Shown here in pieces: positions 40,801-52,555 of a stretch of 64,000 bases of DNA. Origin of the DNA: Asterias rubens (Eukaryota). The notes under the pieces are model-generated. The model was not told where the DNA came from. It was given only the letters and a program-made list of their open reading frames with translations, and did no database searches. The DNA is taken from the NCBI RefSeq assembly GCF_902459465.1, contig NC_047070.1, positions 1,922,001 through 1,986,000 of the forward strand, written 5' to 3'. How positions within the stretch are numbered: the stretch's first letter is position 1; the number at the start of each line of letters is the position of its first letter. The translations under genes were made by a program, and so were the position numbers.

Positions 40801-42877
40801 ATCATTGTAAAATGCCAATTATTTCTTGGACTCTCCCCCCCCCCCCCGCCTTTCTCTGTTTTATTGTGAGTAACGATGGATGATAATGAATGAAGAGGCT
40901 AGTTTGTCTGATGTATGATCACAAATCCCACCGGTGGATTGGCCTCTGGATGATCGATGCTCAACCAACACGACAACAATTCCACTGGTTTGGGGAGAAT
41001 TTCAGTTCTTCTCTATATAATTATGTCACACTGACCATGGAGGAAAAAAAGACTGACCGGCATAAATTTCCATAAACAGGCATAAACCAATATGAAACAT
41101 TTCCATGTTTCTCTTTCCCAGAATAACAATGTTCTCAACAATATTAGACCTGTATGCTTCGTTTTAGAAAGGGAAAGGGCACCAAGGCATTTTTTCCTTG
41201 GTAATTATAAAATTTTCTAGCAGAGCATTTCAAAGACAGTGATCCGGAGGGCAAGAAGCAGTCTCTTTAGTATCAGATATGTAACACTTCAAATAAGAAG
41301 CAAGTTGTTGGTGTTGAAACAACATAACATTGAAATCATGAACAACAAAATAGGTGAACATTGTTAATTCTGGCTGGTAGCTCACTTCTAAAAGTAAAAC
41401 TTGATTTCACATTTCACGGCAAAGTTAATAATGGTTTTGTTTGGCTCAATTTAAAATGAGTAAAATTAATGGAGTGCAAAATGCTTTACACGTAGTCTCA
41501 CTGTAGAAGAATACAGGAAAATACTCATAAATGGTTGGTTAAAATAATATCAATCTCAAACTCGACAAACTGTTGACATCCTGGGGAAATGAAAATCGCA
41601 GTAATGACTGGGAACATTAGTTATTTTAAGTTTACTGTCTCACTTGTTTGCATTCAATTATTTTGTGGGTGGTGCTTGGGTTTTTTTTTCGAGTTGGGGG
41701 GGGGGGGGGGACACCGGACCAGGGATAACCAAGTGGTATGTGATTTATGTGCAATCAATTTTGTCTTGTTTCCATTCCAACCAATGAAAGGCAGTTTCCA
41801 AATTGGTGTCTGCGGCTATGGCTGCGGCTACAGCTGTTTCTCAGAATGTTGCAATGTGCATCCTATGCTTTATGGTCATCCGAAGCTAGCCACAGCCACT
41901 TTTTCAGACAACCAAACTGGGGATGGAAAGAGAAAATAAGATGATCACTTGTTATAAAAAATATCAGAGTCATGCTGGATCCGAAAAATCCCTTTAAAAG
42001 TGGTGGTCAGATATGGGAATTTTTCCAATTAAATCAATTAATAATTATATTTAATATAAAAAAACACTCGCCTACACCGCCAAAACATGGGCCTAACCAT
42101 CTCAATATAAATAGAATTAAGCAGCCCAATTATTACACAAAATTATTTTCAAAAATTTGACATTTATTTCATGTTACGAATGAAAATAACTGCTTTCACT
42201 TGTAACTTAAATAATTTTAAACAGTTTCAGTAGAATTAAGTAACCCAATGATTACCCAATTTTTATATAATAAATTTGACATTATTATTCCCATCATGCC
42301 CATGTCACCGTGTAAGAATAAAACTCAAGACATTTCGTCTTTTTACAGCTGATAAAAACAGATAAGGTTTCAACAACTTGGACTGTCTGCCACGAAAATA
42401 AAATCACATGTGCACTTATTTCAATAACACAACTCACATTTGGGGTCACAAGTGTAAATCCTGCCGATAAATAAACCAATGACGACGTGATTTACTCACG
42501 TCTTTGCTTTTATTTCATCTTAAAACAGTCTGTAAATATTTGGTATTTTATCTCAATTTATATTGAAATATTTCAAAATGCTTGAATATTAATAAGTATA
42601 CACCAAATCCACCCAAGGTCACGGTAATAAAATCAAATTTAAGTTTCTACATAGCGCAATCACTCTCGCCATGTTTAACGCACTTAACGCAAAAGCACCA
42701 CCCTCAAGTTTACGACCGCACAACATCACTCAACATTCTGCACAAACAACCATAATTATCATTAACTTTTGGTGGGGTCATAAAGCAATAAACCAATTGT
42801 GCTTCCTTGCTTACTAAGTACCTACAAAATGGCAAAAGACAACGGCCTGAGAGGGGACTGTAAATAGGAGAACATAC

Positions 42878-43210
42878 CTTGATCAATGGAGCCGAACAAA
42901 GAAACACCGTTGTCGAACGCCAACGGCCACACAGAGTGTGGTGTGGGGTTTATTTCGGGGGGGACACACAGGCAGCAAGAGAGCACCACGTTATGGGTTC
43001 TATATACCACACCAACAATCCTCGCCAACAACTACCACCGAACTCCCTCTCTGCTTCCGTCGATTTGCTGGACGACGACGGTCGAAACTGACTATCGTTC
43101 CGCTGAGGCACGGTCATGAATATTCCTCCACGGTCCCACGCATTCAAGTGGGTCAAAGCCACAGAGTGGTGGCCAAGAAAAAGCAAGAAAAACAGGAGGC
43201 CGGTGGAATA
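42878..43210 (-). other. Probable non-coding first (5' UTR) exon of the CtBP gene; 5' boundary uncertain
   Basis: CpG-rich tract ending in a strong minus-strand donor CAAG|GTATGT at 42877. No frame stays open across it. It sits at the near end of the region divergent from MAEA. Confidence 0.45.
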
Positions 43211-45870
43211 GAATTATTAACGTCACGTACAAATCCGCTGGTACTGCTACTAACTCATTTTTTATTCCAATCACATAGTGTGTGGAAAAGGTGCTGTGGT
43301 GGGATGTGTGTATTATGCATGCACTGTACGTGTTGAGGGGTTACACTTTACTACGGAGTTCGCGAGGGGACATTATTGGGAAATATATTATTATTTTTTT
43401 CAGCCATTTTTACCGAAAGGACAGTCTCATTTTGAGAAAATTATATACTTTTTTTATTTCATTAGGAATAAAGAAGTGGTGGTAGGATATAGAATTTGCC
43501 CAGCCATATCATAAAAGTATCCACAATCAGATTCAGAGAGCTAAAAAGTTGGTGGTAGAAGGTTACTGAAATACACCTGATTATTAAATAGGAGTTTATT
43601 TAAAAAAAAAAATTAGAGCAGATGTTTTGCTATAAATAATTTTTAATTTCCCCTTTTATCACATTTATGTCACATTGTGAGTTGGTATAATTTTTATTTG
43701 CAAGCCAAACATATTAACAGCTTCTCCTTATAGGGCAATTGGCTTTATGTTTGTTTGTTTGCTTGTTTGTTTTCGCAGTATAATTGTCAAATTCGATCAT
43801 TAAACTATAATTTACGCGTATTTTGTGTTTAACGAGGCATATCAAAATATTCCCGTTTACTTTGTGGTGCGCCGCTAAATTGAACTCGTGCTTGCCCCGC
43901 TAGTCAGTTTAGAACTTGGCGGTCAGAGGGGGCGTGGCCGTGATTGATGGATGGCATTGGTGTATTTGAATTAAACTATCAAGTCACTACTAAACGCAGC
44001 CAGCATCCCGCATTAATTTCATATTTCTAACTCTACCACCCCCCATATTGTCGGCACTTGGCCCCAAAGACTAACTGCCGCGCAAAGAATTTTAATGGCA
44101 AGGGAAAAAGCGCCGCACACGGCAGAGAATAAGTATATATTTTTCAGGATTAACTCATTTTTGCAAAAATTAAAACAAAGTTAACTTCTTCTCGAAGCAT
44201 TGGAGGAATATATTCTGTTATGAATTCTACTCCCAATGTCTGGGCACTCCGCCCAAAGATAAACTGACACGCAAAGGATTTTAATGGCAAGGTGAAAAGC
44301 GCCGCGCACGGCAGAGAATAGAAAGAAAGATACGAAGAACCAATTTTCTGAAACAAAGTTTACTTCTATTCGATCGAGGCACTGGATCATCGGATGAATC
44401 TACTGACTGTTTCTGGAGTACTCTTTGTCAAGGTGGAATTTCAGCTTTTGTATACCTCATTCTAATACCAAGTAATAAACCACAATGAAATCTGACTATG
44501 TTGGGTTAGAACAAAGACCCAAATTTGAATAGAGCGGGACTGAACCTGCATAACCGAACATAATTCCAGCATACCCAACATAATTCAAAATAATATTTAT
44601 ATGTCGCCTTTCGCGTGCAGAGTTCCTTATTTGGAACCAAAATAACTCCGAAAATATGGGCAAGTAATGAAATTAATGTAATATTATTGATGCCTTTTTC
44701 TAAGGTGAAAACTTTTGCAAGTTAAAAACGTGAAATGATGGGCTATAATAAATGCAGCATTGAGATGGGTGGGCAAATGGATGGATGTCGACTTGAATCT
44801 ATACGGAAGATAAGATACAGGGGAAAAAAGGTTGGTGTCCCAAAGAATTTTGCGATTGGACCCGACATTTCAATTTGAGTTTTACACTAAGATAAATGTT
44901 TAGTGGTGGCTGCGCATAATCTCTTAATGTAAAAGAGTGAAAAAGCACTCTTTGAAGAGCCATATGAAGGACAACTCTTTTTCGGCGAGTGGTCTTCCAC
45001 TCTTTTAGATTGAAGTTTGCATCTTTTTGAGTGATTTTTCACTCTGTCCTGGAGTGAAACCCCTCTAAAAGAGTGAAATAACCACCACTCTTTTTGAAGA
45101 GCCATAAAAAATGAGGGACAGCTCGAAATGTAAAGAGTGGTGTTTTTCACTCATTTACATTTAGAGAGTAGAGCGGCCAAGTAGTTGGGGACGATAGACA
45201 ATTCTTCTGCCATAAGAATACGTCCGTACAGACTCATTAAAGTAAGCAATCGTACAATTATTTGCATCGGGTTTTTACCCTTAGCATACTGCGCAGAGCC
45301 TATCTTCTCCGCTGAGTTCTGTGGGGGTGGAACAAAATTAATGTGGTCTAGTTGGTAAGACATCTGATCTAGAATGGCAAAGGTCATTGGTTCTTATCCC
45401 ACCCGAATAATTTTATAGATTATGTGATATCCTCCACACCCCCACAGAACTCGGAAAGTGTTAGACGGGTAAAACCAATATCAACCATTTTGTTGGCGGA
45501 GCTCGGAGCCGGCTATCTGCACCCAGGCCAGACAACAAACATTGCATGACCTTCCATTGGCCGTTTAATTATTTGAATAATAAATTTTATTTCAGACGTC
45601 TTTATAACATGATAGAAATCTTATATGCCTCCCCAGAGCTTGATAATAAAATGAGGGTGGGCTTAGTTGGGGGTCACATAAAAGACCGACAGGGCTACCA
45701 CGTGTTTTTGCGCGTTTTCGTAACTTTTCAAACTGTTTTGTCAGTATTTTATTTTGATCGGAAAGTGATTGTCTTTGAACGAGTTATTTATTTTGTGGCA
45801 CTTTTCATCTTAAAAAATTGACCCGCACCTGTCCAAACGGATTAAAAAGTGTCCACACACAACGCTCTCT
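43210..45870. promoter_or_regulatory. Divergent (bidirectional) CtBP/MAEA upstream region
   Basis: Lies between divergent 5' ends; contains a CRE-like ACGTCACGT (~43220), a GC box GGGGGCGTGGC (~43928) and a duplicated module at 44053/44243. Confidence 0.45.
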
Positions 45871-45970
45871 CTATAGCAGCAGCGCGCGCACGCAGCAGGC
45901 CGGCCGCCGAGCGAGATCTCGAGAGAGTCGCCGAGAGTGTGGACCAGACAGACATTAACTAAAATGGCGG
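45870..45970 (+). promoter_or_regulatory. MAEA CpG-rich proximal promoter / 5' UTR
   Basis: GC-rich patch with GCGCGCGCACGC (NRF1-like, ~45882), TCTCGAGA (45917-45924) and AAAATGGCGG (YY1-like) overlapping the ATG. Confidence 0.55.
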
Positions 45971-46002
45971 ATTTGAAGGCACTGGAACACGCAACACTGA
46001 AG
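45964..46002 (+). CDS. MAEA: MAEA exon 1 (MADLKALEHATLK)
   Basis: ATG in aaaATGgcgg, donor AAG|GTATTT, phase 0 into exon 2. Confidence 0.9.
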
Positions 46003-47102
46003 GTATTTCACAGGTTTATACAAAAACGACTGTAGTTTTTAAGAATATCTTGTGTGAAATCATTAAAAGAGTTGTTATTGACCATGTATACGATATTTCT
46101 CAGTGTTAATTTGTACACGAAGTCGGGCTAAACGTGGACGCAATTTCGTCGCCTACGCACATCAATTCGGATGTCACTTCGTCGTTGCAAACAGCTGATC
46201 GCAAATTGGACAAGCAAGCAATTCTCTGACTATGCTCTTTTACAATTACACAGGCCGGCTGCTATGTAATTTGTAGCCGCGCATACTCAGAACCCCAACC
46301 TAGTATTTAGTAGGCAGCAAAATCGTAGAGTCATCAATTTGTAAACTCGTCAATAGAAAGTCATTAAACTTGAGATTTAATCTGCTGCATTATTTTGTTG
46401 TTGTTTACATTTTTTGGGGCATGATGAATGTGGGTGTGTATGTATGCAGGGGGGGGGGGGGTCATGCATGACCCAATCGCATAAAAAATACTTTAAAATA
46501 ACATAAATAATTAATATATACAATGAGTATCAACAAAAGATTTGATATTTTTTATCCTTCCTGCTTCCTTCAGAGTCAGACATTTTCACACAAAAACTAT
46601 TTTTTAAGCATTCTTTCGTTTTCAATTTATCATGGCCCGATGGCTATAGTTCGTTTTTGTATGAGTTAGGGCAAGAAGTTGGGGCATGCACCAAATAAGG
46701 CATTTTTTGTTTAAAACTCATGTGAGGGCACCTCTAGCTCTACTAGAAATCAATGAATGATGAGGAAACGGGAGATTTGTATTTAAATGTTTCAAAGGGC
46801 TTCTTAGTGCATCCCAGATAATTTTCACCCCACTCCTAGAACTTTGAGGTTCATTCTGGTATTGTCGCCATGAGAGACGATAGCGGAACGAACATCATCT
46901 AGGAGTACGTTCATCCCAACCTCGCTAAATTGCTTCAGGCCTTCGACGAGTACCAGTGCACCAGCTTAGAAATAAAATGTTTTATCTATTTTTTTAAATA
47001 CCGAATAAAATCAAACACTTTTCTTATAAATTTAAATTTATGGCAGTTCTGAACTTTAAGACCTTGGATGTTCATAATTCTTTGTTTTTGTGTTTGTTTC
47101 AG

Positions 47103-47180
47103 GTGCCGTACGAAACTTTGAATAAAAAGTTCCGGAATTGCCAGAAGACCATTGACAGAGAAGTTTCCCATGTTATGCAG
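47103..47180 (+). CDS. MAEA: MAEA exon 2 (VPYETLNKKFRNCQKTIDREVSHVMQ)
   Basis: Acceptor tgtttgtttcag, donor CAG|GTATGT; contains the conserved VPYETLNK.FR..QK.IDRE motif of MAEA. Confidence 0.95.
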
Positions 47181-47409
47181 GTATGTGTATTCAGTTTGAA
47201 AATAAAAGTGTCTGTGGGATAAAGCAAATGATCAACAAATCATGATGGGTCAATGACATAAGTTTCTACAAAAGCTAATGCAGTTTTTTATGTAATTAGT
47301 TGGTCTTTAAGTGCTACCTTCCTTGGGTAAATGGTAGTGAAATGACAAACTTATTGACTGACCTTAAATGCAAGTCGCATGCGTAAGTGAATTCATTTGA
47401 ACAAATAAA

Positions 47410-47733
47410 ATAATTATTTAATAGCATAAAACCTTACTTGGTAACAAGTAATGGGGAGCTGTTGATAGTATAAAACATTGTGAGAAACGGCTCCCTCTGA
47501 AGTAACTTAGTTTTCGAGAAAGAAGTAATTTTCAACAAATTTGATTTTGAGACATAAGATATAGAATTTGAGGTCTCAAAATCAAGCATCAGAAAGCACA
47601 CAACTTCGTGTGACAACTTCGATGACCAATTGAGCTCAAATTTTCACAGGTTTGTTATTTTATGCATATGTTGAGATACATCAAGTGAGAAGACTGGTCT
47701 TGGACAATTACCAATAGTGTCCAACGTCTTTAA
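47410..47733. mobile_element. Main-family TTAA MITE, one end truncated (MAEA intron 2)
   Basis: Internal homology and right TIR plus TTAA. Other partial copies at ~23110-23267 and ~28705-28845. Confidence 0.8.
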
Positions 47734-47847
47734 GAGAGTAAAATGTGATTAAAATATGTTCCCTGATTGACACAAAAATTAGGTAAAATGAGCTAAAAGC
47801 CAATGGCAGTGAATTCAGAGATGTATCTATATTTGTTGTTGTTCTAG

Positions 47848-47955
47848 GTACACAATGAGTTGGAAAAATGTCTGGACAGTTCTTCAACTACCGTCGGGAC
47901 GGTCGTCAATATTCTTGATTCAATGGTGGATAAATTGAGTGCTCTAAAAAGAAAG
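47848..47955 (+). CDS. MAEA: MAEA exon 3 (VHNELEKCLDSSSTTVGTVVNILDSMVDKLSALKRK)
   Basis: Acceptor gttgttctag, donor AAG|GTACAA, 108 nt, frame continuous. Confidence 0.92.
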
Positions 47956-47966
47956 GTACAATCTTA

Positions 47967-48095
47967 GGCCGTGTCCGAAACGACGACTTCGGCTACAGCT
48001 ACGGCTAGATCGCGCGCGTCTGCCTATTCTTCAACACTGGTAGACGCGCTGATCTAGACGTAGCTGTGGCCGAAGTCGTCGTTTCGGACACGGCC
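47967..48095. mobile_element. Palindromic Harbinger/Tourist-like MITE with TTA TSD
   Basis: TTA|GGCCGTGTCCGAAACGACGACTTCGGC…GCCGAAGTCGTCGTTTCGGACACGGCC|TTA. Confidence 0.85.
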
Positions 48096-48692
48096 TTAGT
48101 TTTGTTAAAGATTAGTTATTTGTGTGGGTTGATGTCACAAATTGTTATCATACCAACTAAGAGTGGTCCAGACCTGATGCTTCACGGAGGCAACAAAGGC
48201 AATTGCCTCCATGCCCCATGGTCATTGCCTTGGTGCCCTTAGTCATTGCCTTGGTGCTCCAGTAGAAATTTACAATTTCCTCATAGGGTGCCCTTTACAA
48301 AGGACAAATGCCTTGGTGCCCATGCCCTTTCAAAAATGTAGCATACAGCCCTGGTGGTCTAGTGGTAAGACATTGGGGTGGTGGGGTTAAATCCCACTCG
48401 AGTAGTATACAGGCCTGATACTTCACAGAGGCAACGATGGCCTCCATGCCTCCTGGTCATTGCCTTGGTGCCCTTGAAATGCTCCAGTAGAAATTTACAA
48501 TTTCTTCATAGGGTGCCCTTTACCAAGGAGAAAATACCTTGGTGCCCTTGCCCTTTCAAAAACGAAGCATACAGGCCTGAGTATATCTGTGGATTTTTTT
48601 CCCACAGGACTTGAGAAACTTGCATGTTGGTAAAATCACAATAATAATAAAAATCACTGAGAATAGAACATGTAAACAATTTGTAATTTTAG

Positions 48693-48896
48693 GCAAATGA
48701 GGCAATAACCCAAGAAGAGGACAGTGCTCGAGTTGTAAAACGTCGTCTGGAACATCTAAAGGAATATGAAGGAGCAACAGGAGCCGCCCTGGCCCAGTGG
48801 AAGAAGAAACGAGTCGACCGTATGCTGGTGGAATATTTCCTACGAGCGGGTTACTATGAAACTGCAGTCAAGTGTGCGAGGCATTCTAATATAGAG
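48693..48896 (+). CDS. MAEA: MAEA exon 4, including LisH motif (…WKKKRVDRMLVEYFLRAGYYETAVKCARHSNIE)
   Basis: Acceptor gtaattttag, donor GAG|GTGAGA, 204 nt; LisH signature. Confidence 0.95.
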
Positions 48897-49114
48897 GTGA
48901 GACCTGCAGACCCTGTTGTTGTAGCCACGTTGGGCGGTGGTGGGCGGGCCTGCCAAAAACTAACAAGTGCGCTTAGTATACAGAAACATTGGATATTGAA
49001 GTTTTGAATTCTGAATACACTGTGTTGCCCAGATTTTGGGGCAATCCTCAGTCCAAAAGAATTAAATAAAACTTGATGTTGGTGTTTGATGGGTTACGGG
49101 TGGTCAGGGTTACT

Positions 49115-49514
49115 TTAAAGGCATGGACACCATTGGTAATTGTCAAAGACCAGTGTTCTCACTTATGTGTCAAAGACCAGGTGTATCTCCACATATGCAT
49201 AAAATAACAAACCTGTGAAAATTTGAGCTCAATTGGTCGTCGAAGTTGCGAGATAATAATGAAAGAAAAAACCCGCCTTGTCACACGAAGTTATGTGCTT
49301 TCAGATTCTTGATTTCGAGACCTCAAATTCTAAATCTGAGGTATCGAAATCAAATTCGTGGAAATTACTTCTTTCTCGAAAACCACGTTACTTCAGGGGG
49401 AGCCGTTTCTCACAATGTTTTATACTATCAACAGCTCCCCATTACTCGTTACCAAGGAAGTTTTTATGCTAATAATTATTTTGAGTAATTACCAATAGTG
49501 TCCACTGCCTTTAA
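49115..49514. mobile_element. Main-family TTAA MITE (MAEA intron 4)
   Basis: TIRs plus TTAA on both sides. Confidence 0.85.
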
Positions 49515-49767
49515 GTCCTGGGGATTGTGTTTCACATTTTCTTCCTAATATAGAGCTATTTCCAGTAGCTAAGGAGGTTGGACTCCGATTATGGTGGCAA
49601 ACCCAATCCCATGTTTTCTGGGCAGTCCTCAGTCCAACAGTGTTCGATGGGTGTTTCACGTTTCCAATATAGAGCTATTTCTGAGGTTTGACTCTGATTA
49701 TGGTGGTATTCCTTATCTCACATAAAGCATAATAAGATATCTGGACAGTCCTCTGACCAACAGAAAA
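49511..49767 (+). pseudogene. Two degenerate tandem copies of the MAEA exon-5 acceptor region (pseudo-exon fragments)
   Basis: aatatagagctatttc… occurs at ~49546 and ~49666 as well as in the real exon (49816); both copies lack the acceptor CAG. Confidence 0.75.
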
Positions 49768-49806
49768 TTAAGTCCTGATGATTGTGTTTTAAATTTTCTT
49801 CCTCAG

Positions 49807-49929
49807 GATCTCACCAATATAGAGCTATTTCTAGTAGCAAAAGAGGTAGAGGAGTCCTTATTAAGACGTGAAACCTCAGCATGCCTCAATTGGTGTCATG
49901 ACAACAAATCAAAACTTAGGAAAATCAAG
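49807..49929 (+). CDS. MAEA: MAEA exon 5, CTLH domain ([41 protein letters not shown])
   Basis: Acceptor ttttcttcctcag, donor AAG|GTAAGA, 123 nt. Confidence 0.95.
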
Positions 49930-50409
49930 GTAAGATAATAAAACAAAATGATTTACTAATTTTTGTTGTATGACCAGCCAAAAGCAGAATTAGGGTCAAC
50001 AACAGGTTGAATAGGAAACAAGAAGAAATGTTGAGTTTTTGATTTCGGAGGGAAACCAAATCAGGGGAAAAACCAGGGACTGTGAAAATAATAAGACAGT
50101 TTTTTTATTTATTTCTCAGCAAGAAGACACTGTACCCAACTGAAGCTTTCACATGTGACTTTAATTGTATCATTCTTTTTATATTGCCTAGAAAATCAGC
50201 ATTTACGCTGACTCAAAAACCAATCTATAACCCTACCTTTAAACAAAGAATACCTTAACTAAATGAGCAAAGTCTTTCAAAACAAAAGTGCCTTGACATA
50301 AACTAACGATGACATAAACTAATCTATAATCCTACCTTAAACCAAAGAATACCTCAACTCAAATGAGCACAGTCTTTAAAAACAAAAATGCCACATGTGT
50401 TGATTACAG

Positions 50410-50595
50410 AGCACGCTAGAGTTCAACCTACGAACACAAGAATTCATTGAGATGATCTTACTAAACAAGCGTCTAGAAGCAGTACGCCATGCTCGTAAGT
50501 TCTTCAGCTCGCTAGAAGGAGAGCAGCTATCTGAGGTTCAAAGGGTCATGGGTCTGTTAGCGTTTCCTGCTGATACTGATGTCTCACATTACAAG
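50410..50595 (+). CDS. MAEA: MAEA exon 6, CTLH/CRA region ([17 protein letters not shown]…[16 protein letters not shown])
   Basis: Acceptor tgattacag, donor AAG|GTAAGA, 186 nt. Confidence 0.95.
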
Positions 50596-51114
50596 GTAAG
50601 ACAAGGGAGGAGATAGTTACAGACTTTTATCTGGATTCAGATTTTCTTATAATGATAATAAAACTGCTTTTATATAGCGCCCTTAACCCCAAAAGCGTCC
50701 CGAGGCGCTTCACAGAGGTTAACAACTCAATCAAGTTAAGAAAAATACCGAACAATTTAAGAATGCTGTAGGAAATTACAAACGTCCTATAACAATAGTC
50801 AATGTTCTCGGTCAAATCTCTTGGTCATTAAGATGCTGTATTTTTCTCAAAGTAAAAAAAAGTCATACTCTTTGATCTACTTCTCTATCACTGCGGATAC
50901 TGTTCCCAAAAGCTCCTCCTAAGATCTGGATCTCAGTTTCAGTGTTTTTGGTCAGCTATAACTCATTCCTGTAAAGACTAATGATATGTTCACCCACAAA
51001 TAGTTTAGTATTCACAATAAACCTTATGCAAATGATGCCTGAGTGGGGCGGACTTGGCTAAAATTATTGGATGGTCGTAGCTAAATCTTAAAGTATCCAT
51101 TTTGTTTCTTGAAG

Positions 51115-51248
51115 GAATTATTGGACGGTCATCGCTGGCAGCAGATTGTTGATCAATTCCGAGAGGAGAACTACAAGTTATATCAACTAAATAACACACC
51201 CGTCCTAACTGTATCACTAGAGGCAGGACTAGCAGCTATGAAAACACC
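51115..51248 (+). CDS. MAEA: MAEA exon 7 (ELLDGHRWQQIVDQFREENYKLYQL…LEAGLAAMKTP)
   Basis: Acceptor tttgtttcttgaag, donor CC|GTATCC (phase 2), 134 nt. Confidence 0.93.
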
Positions 51249-51804
51249 GTATCCTTTTGTTTCAAACTTATAACTCATAAGTTCAACAGGCCTTTATGGC
51301 CGAGCAGTCTAGTTCAATGGACCCAAGCTCCGACAGGCCTGTATGTTTGTTTTTTGAAAGGGCAAAGGCACCAAGGCATTTTGACCTTTGTAAAGGGCAC
51401 CCTATGAGGAAAATGTAATATGATATCATAAAGTGAATGCATCCACACGGTAAAACGTCAACCCTCCTACTGTCTGGCCATCAGACTTCATCCACTGTCA
51501 GGCCTGTATCCTTCGTTTTTGAAAGGGCAAGGGCACCAAGGCATTTTGTCCTTTGTAAAGGGCACCCTATGAGGAAATTGTAAATTTCTACTGGAGCATT
51601 TCAAGGGCACCAAGGCAATGGCTAGGGGACATGGAGGCAATCGCCTTCACTGCCTCCGTGAAATATCAGCCCTAATCTGGTGTTGCCAGCAGCAGATTGT
51701 GGGTTCGATATTTGATTTATTTAACCAAAATCATGTCTCGTGAAAACCTATATGGAAACATTTTCAGTCAGTTAATTTCCTTAACAGTGATTTCCTTCTT
51801 CCAG

Positions 51805-51929
51805 GCAATGCTATAGTGAAAGTAACAAGAACGCCGACTGTCCTGTATGTAGTCAGAATTTGAATGAGTTGGCAAAGAATCTTCCTTATGCACACTGTGC
51901 TCAATCAAGACTGGTTTGCACGATATCAG
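51805..51929 (+). CDS. MAEA: MAEA exon 8, RING-like region ([42 protein letters not shown])
   Basis: Acceptor tttccttcttccag, donor CAG|GTAATG, 125 nt (phase 2 to phase 1). Confidence 0.95.
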
Positions 51930-51969
51930 GTAATGGAGCTTGCTGTAGAAATTCAGACATATACATATA

Positions 51970-52345
51970 GGTGGAAGTGTCGTGGCCAAGCAGTTAAAAA
52001 CACCAAATTTATACTCTGGTGTTTCTGATCAGCAGAGTGTGGGTTCGAGCCCCAGTCGTGACACGTGTGTCCCTAACCAAGACACTTAATAAACCATTGC
52101 TTCGCCTTTGCATGGGTCGTACAACCTTTGGTCCCGCGTGTTGTGTAAGACACCTAAAAGAGAAGGGGTTCGCCCCAGTGTTTCTGGCGGGATTGGCAGC
52201 ATATCGCGCCACATCACCTTGTGGACCATTACATGGTGCTAAGGATTAGGTCTCATAACTCAAACTCCGTCCCACTCACCTTGCAGTAAATACTTGGCAC
52301 TTTTTATCCTTTTTAAAAAAGGCGCTTTATAATTACGGTTATTAT
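51970..52345 (+). mobile_element. tRNA-derived SINE with (ATT)n tail (MAEA intron 8)
   Basis: A-box-like TGGCCAAGCAG, B-box GGTTCGAGCCC, body, then 3' aggcgctttataa…tattattat. Confidence 0.75.
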
Positions 52346-52376
52346 TATCGCTGCTAACACATATGATTTGAACTGC

Positions 52377-52555
52377 CTCCAGCCACCGGGCTTGCTCAGT
52401 GGTATTGTGGTTAGACACTGCTCTACCAATGCGAAGATCGTGGTTTGGATTCCCACCCGAGTGACTCGCCCATTTAAACCCACATGAGAGACTTGCCAAA
52501 GATTTTGTTCACAGAGTTTGGAAAAATACTGAGTGTACACACATTGGTGTAAGGA
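52377..52555 (+). mobile_element. Second tRNA-derived SINE family; reverse copies at ~627-740, ~18750-19030 and ~60205-60400
   Basis: tRNA-like head (gtggttagacactgctcta…ggattcccacc) and a shared aaaatactgagt.ta.acagtgctta.acaca tail. Confidence 0.7.

Noticed and set aside
42822-43336. Overlapping short ORFs as a small protein gene
   Set aside because: No frame is open across the putative exon and there is no homology; the ORFs are explained by high GC content in a UTR/promoter.
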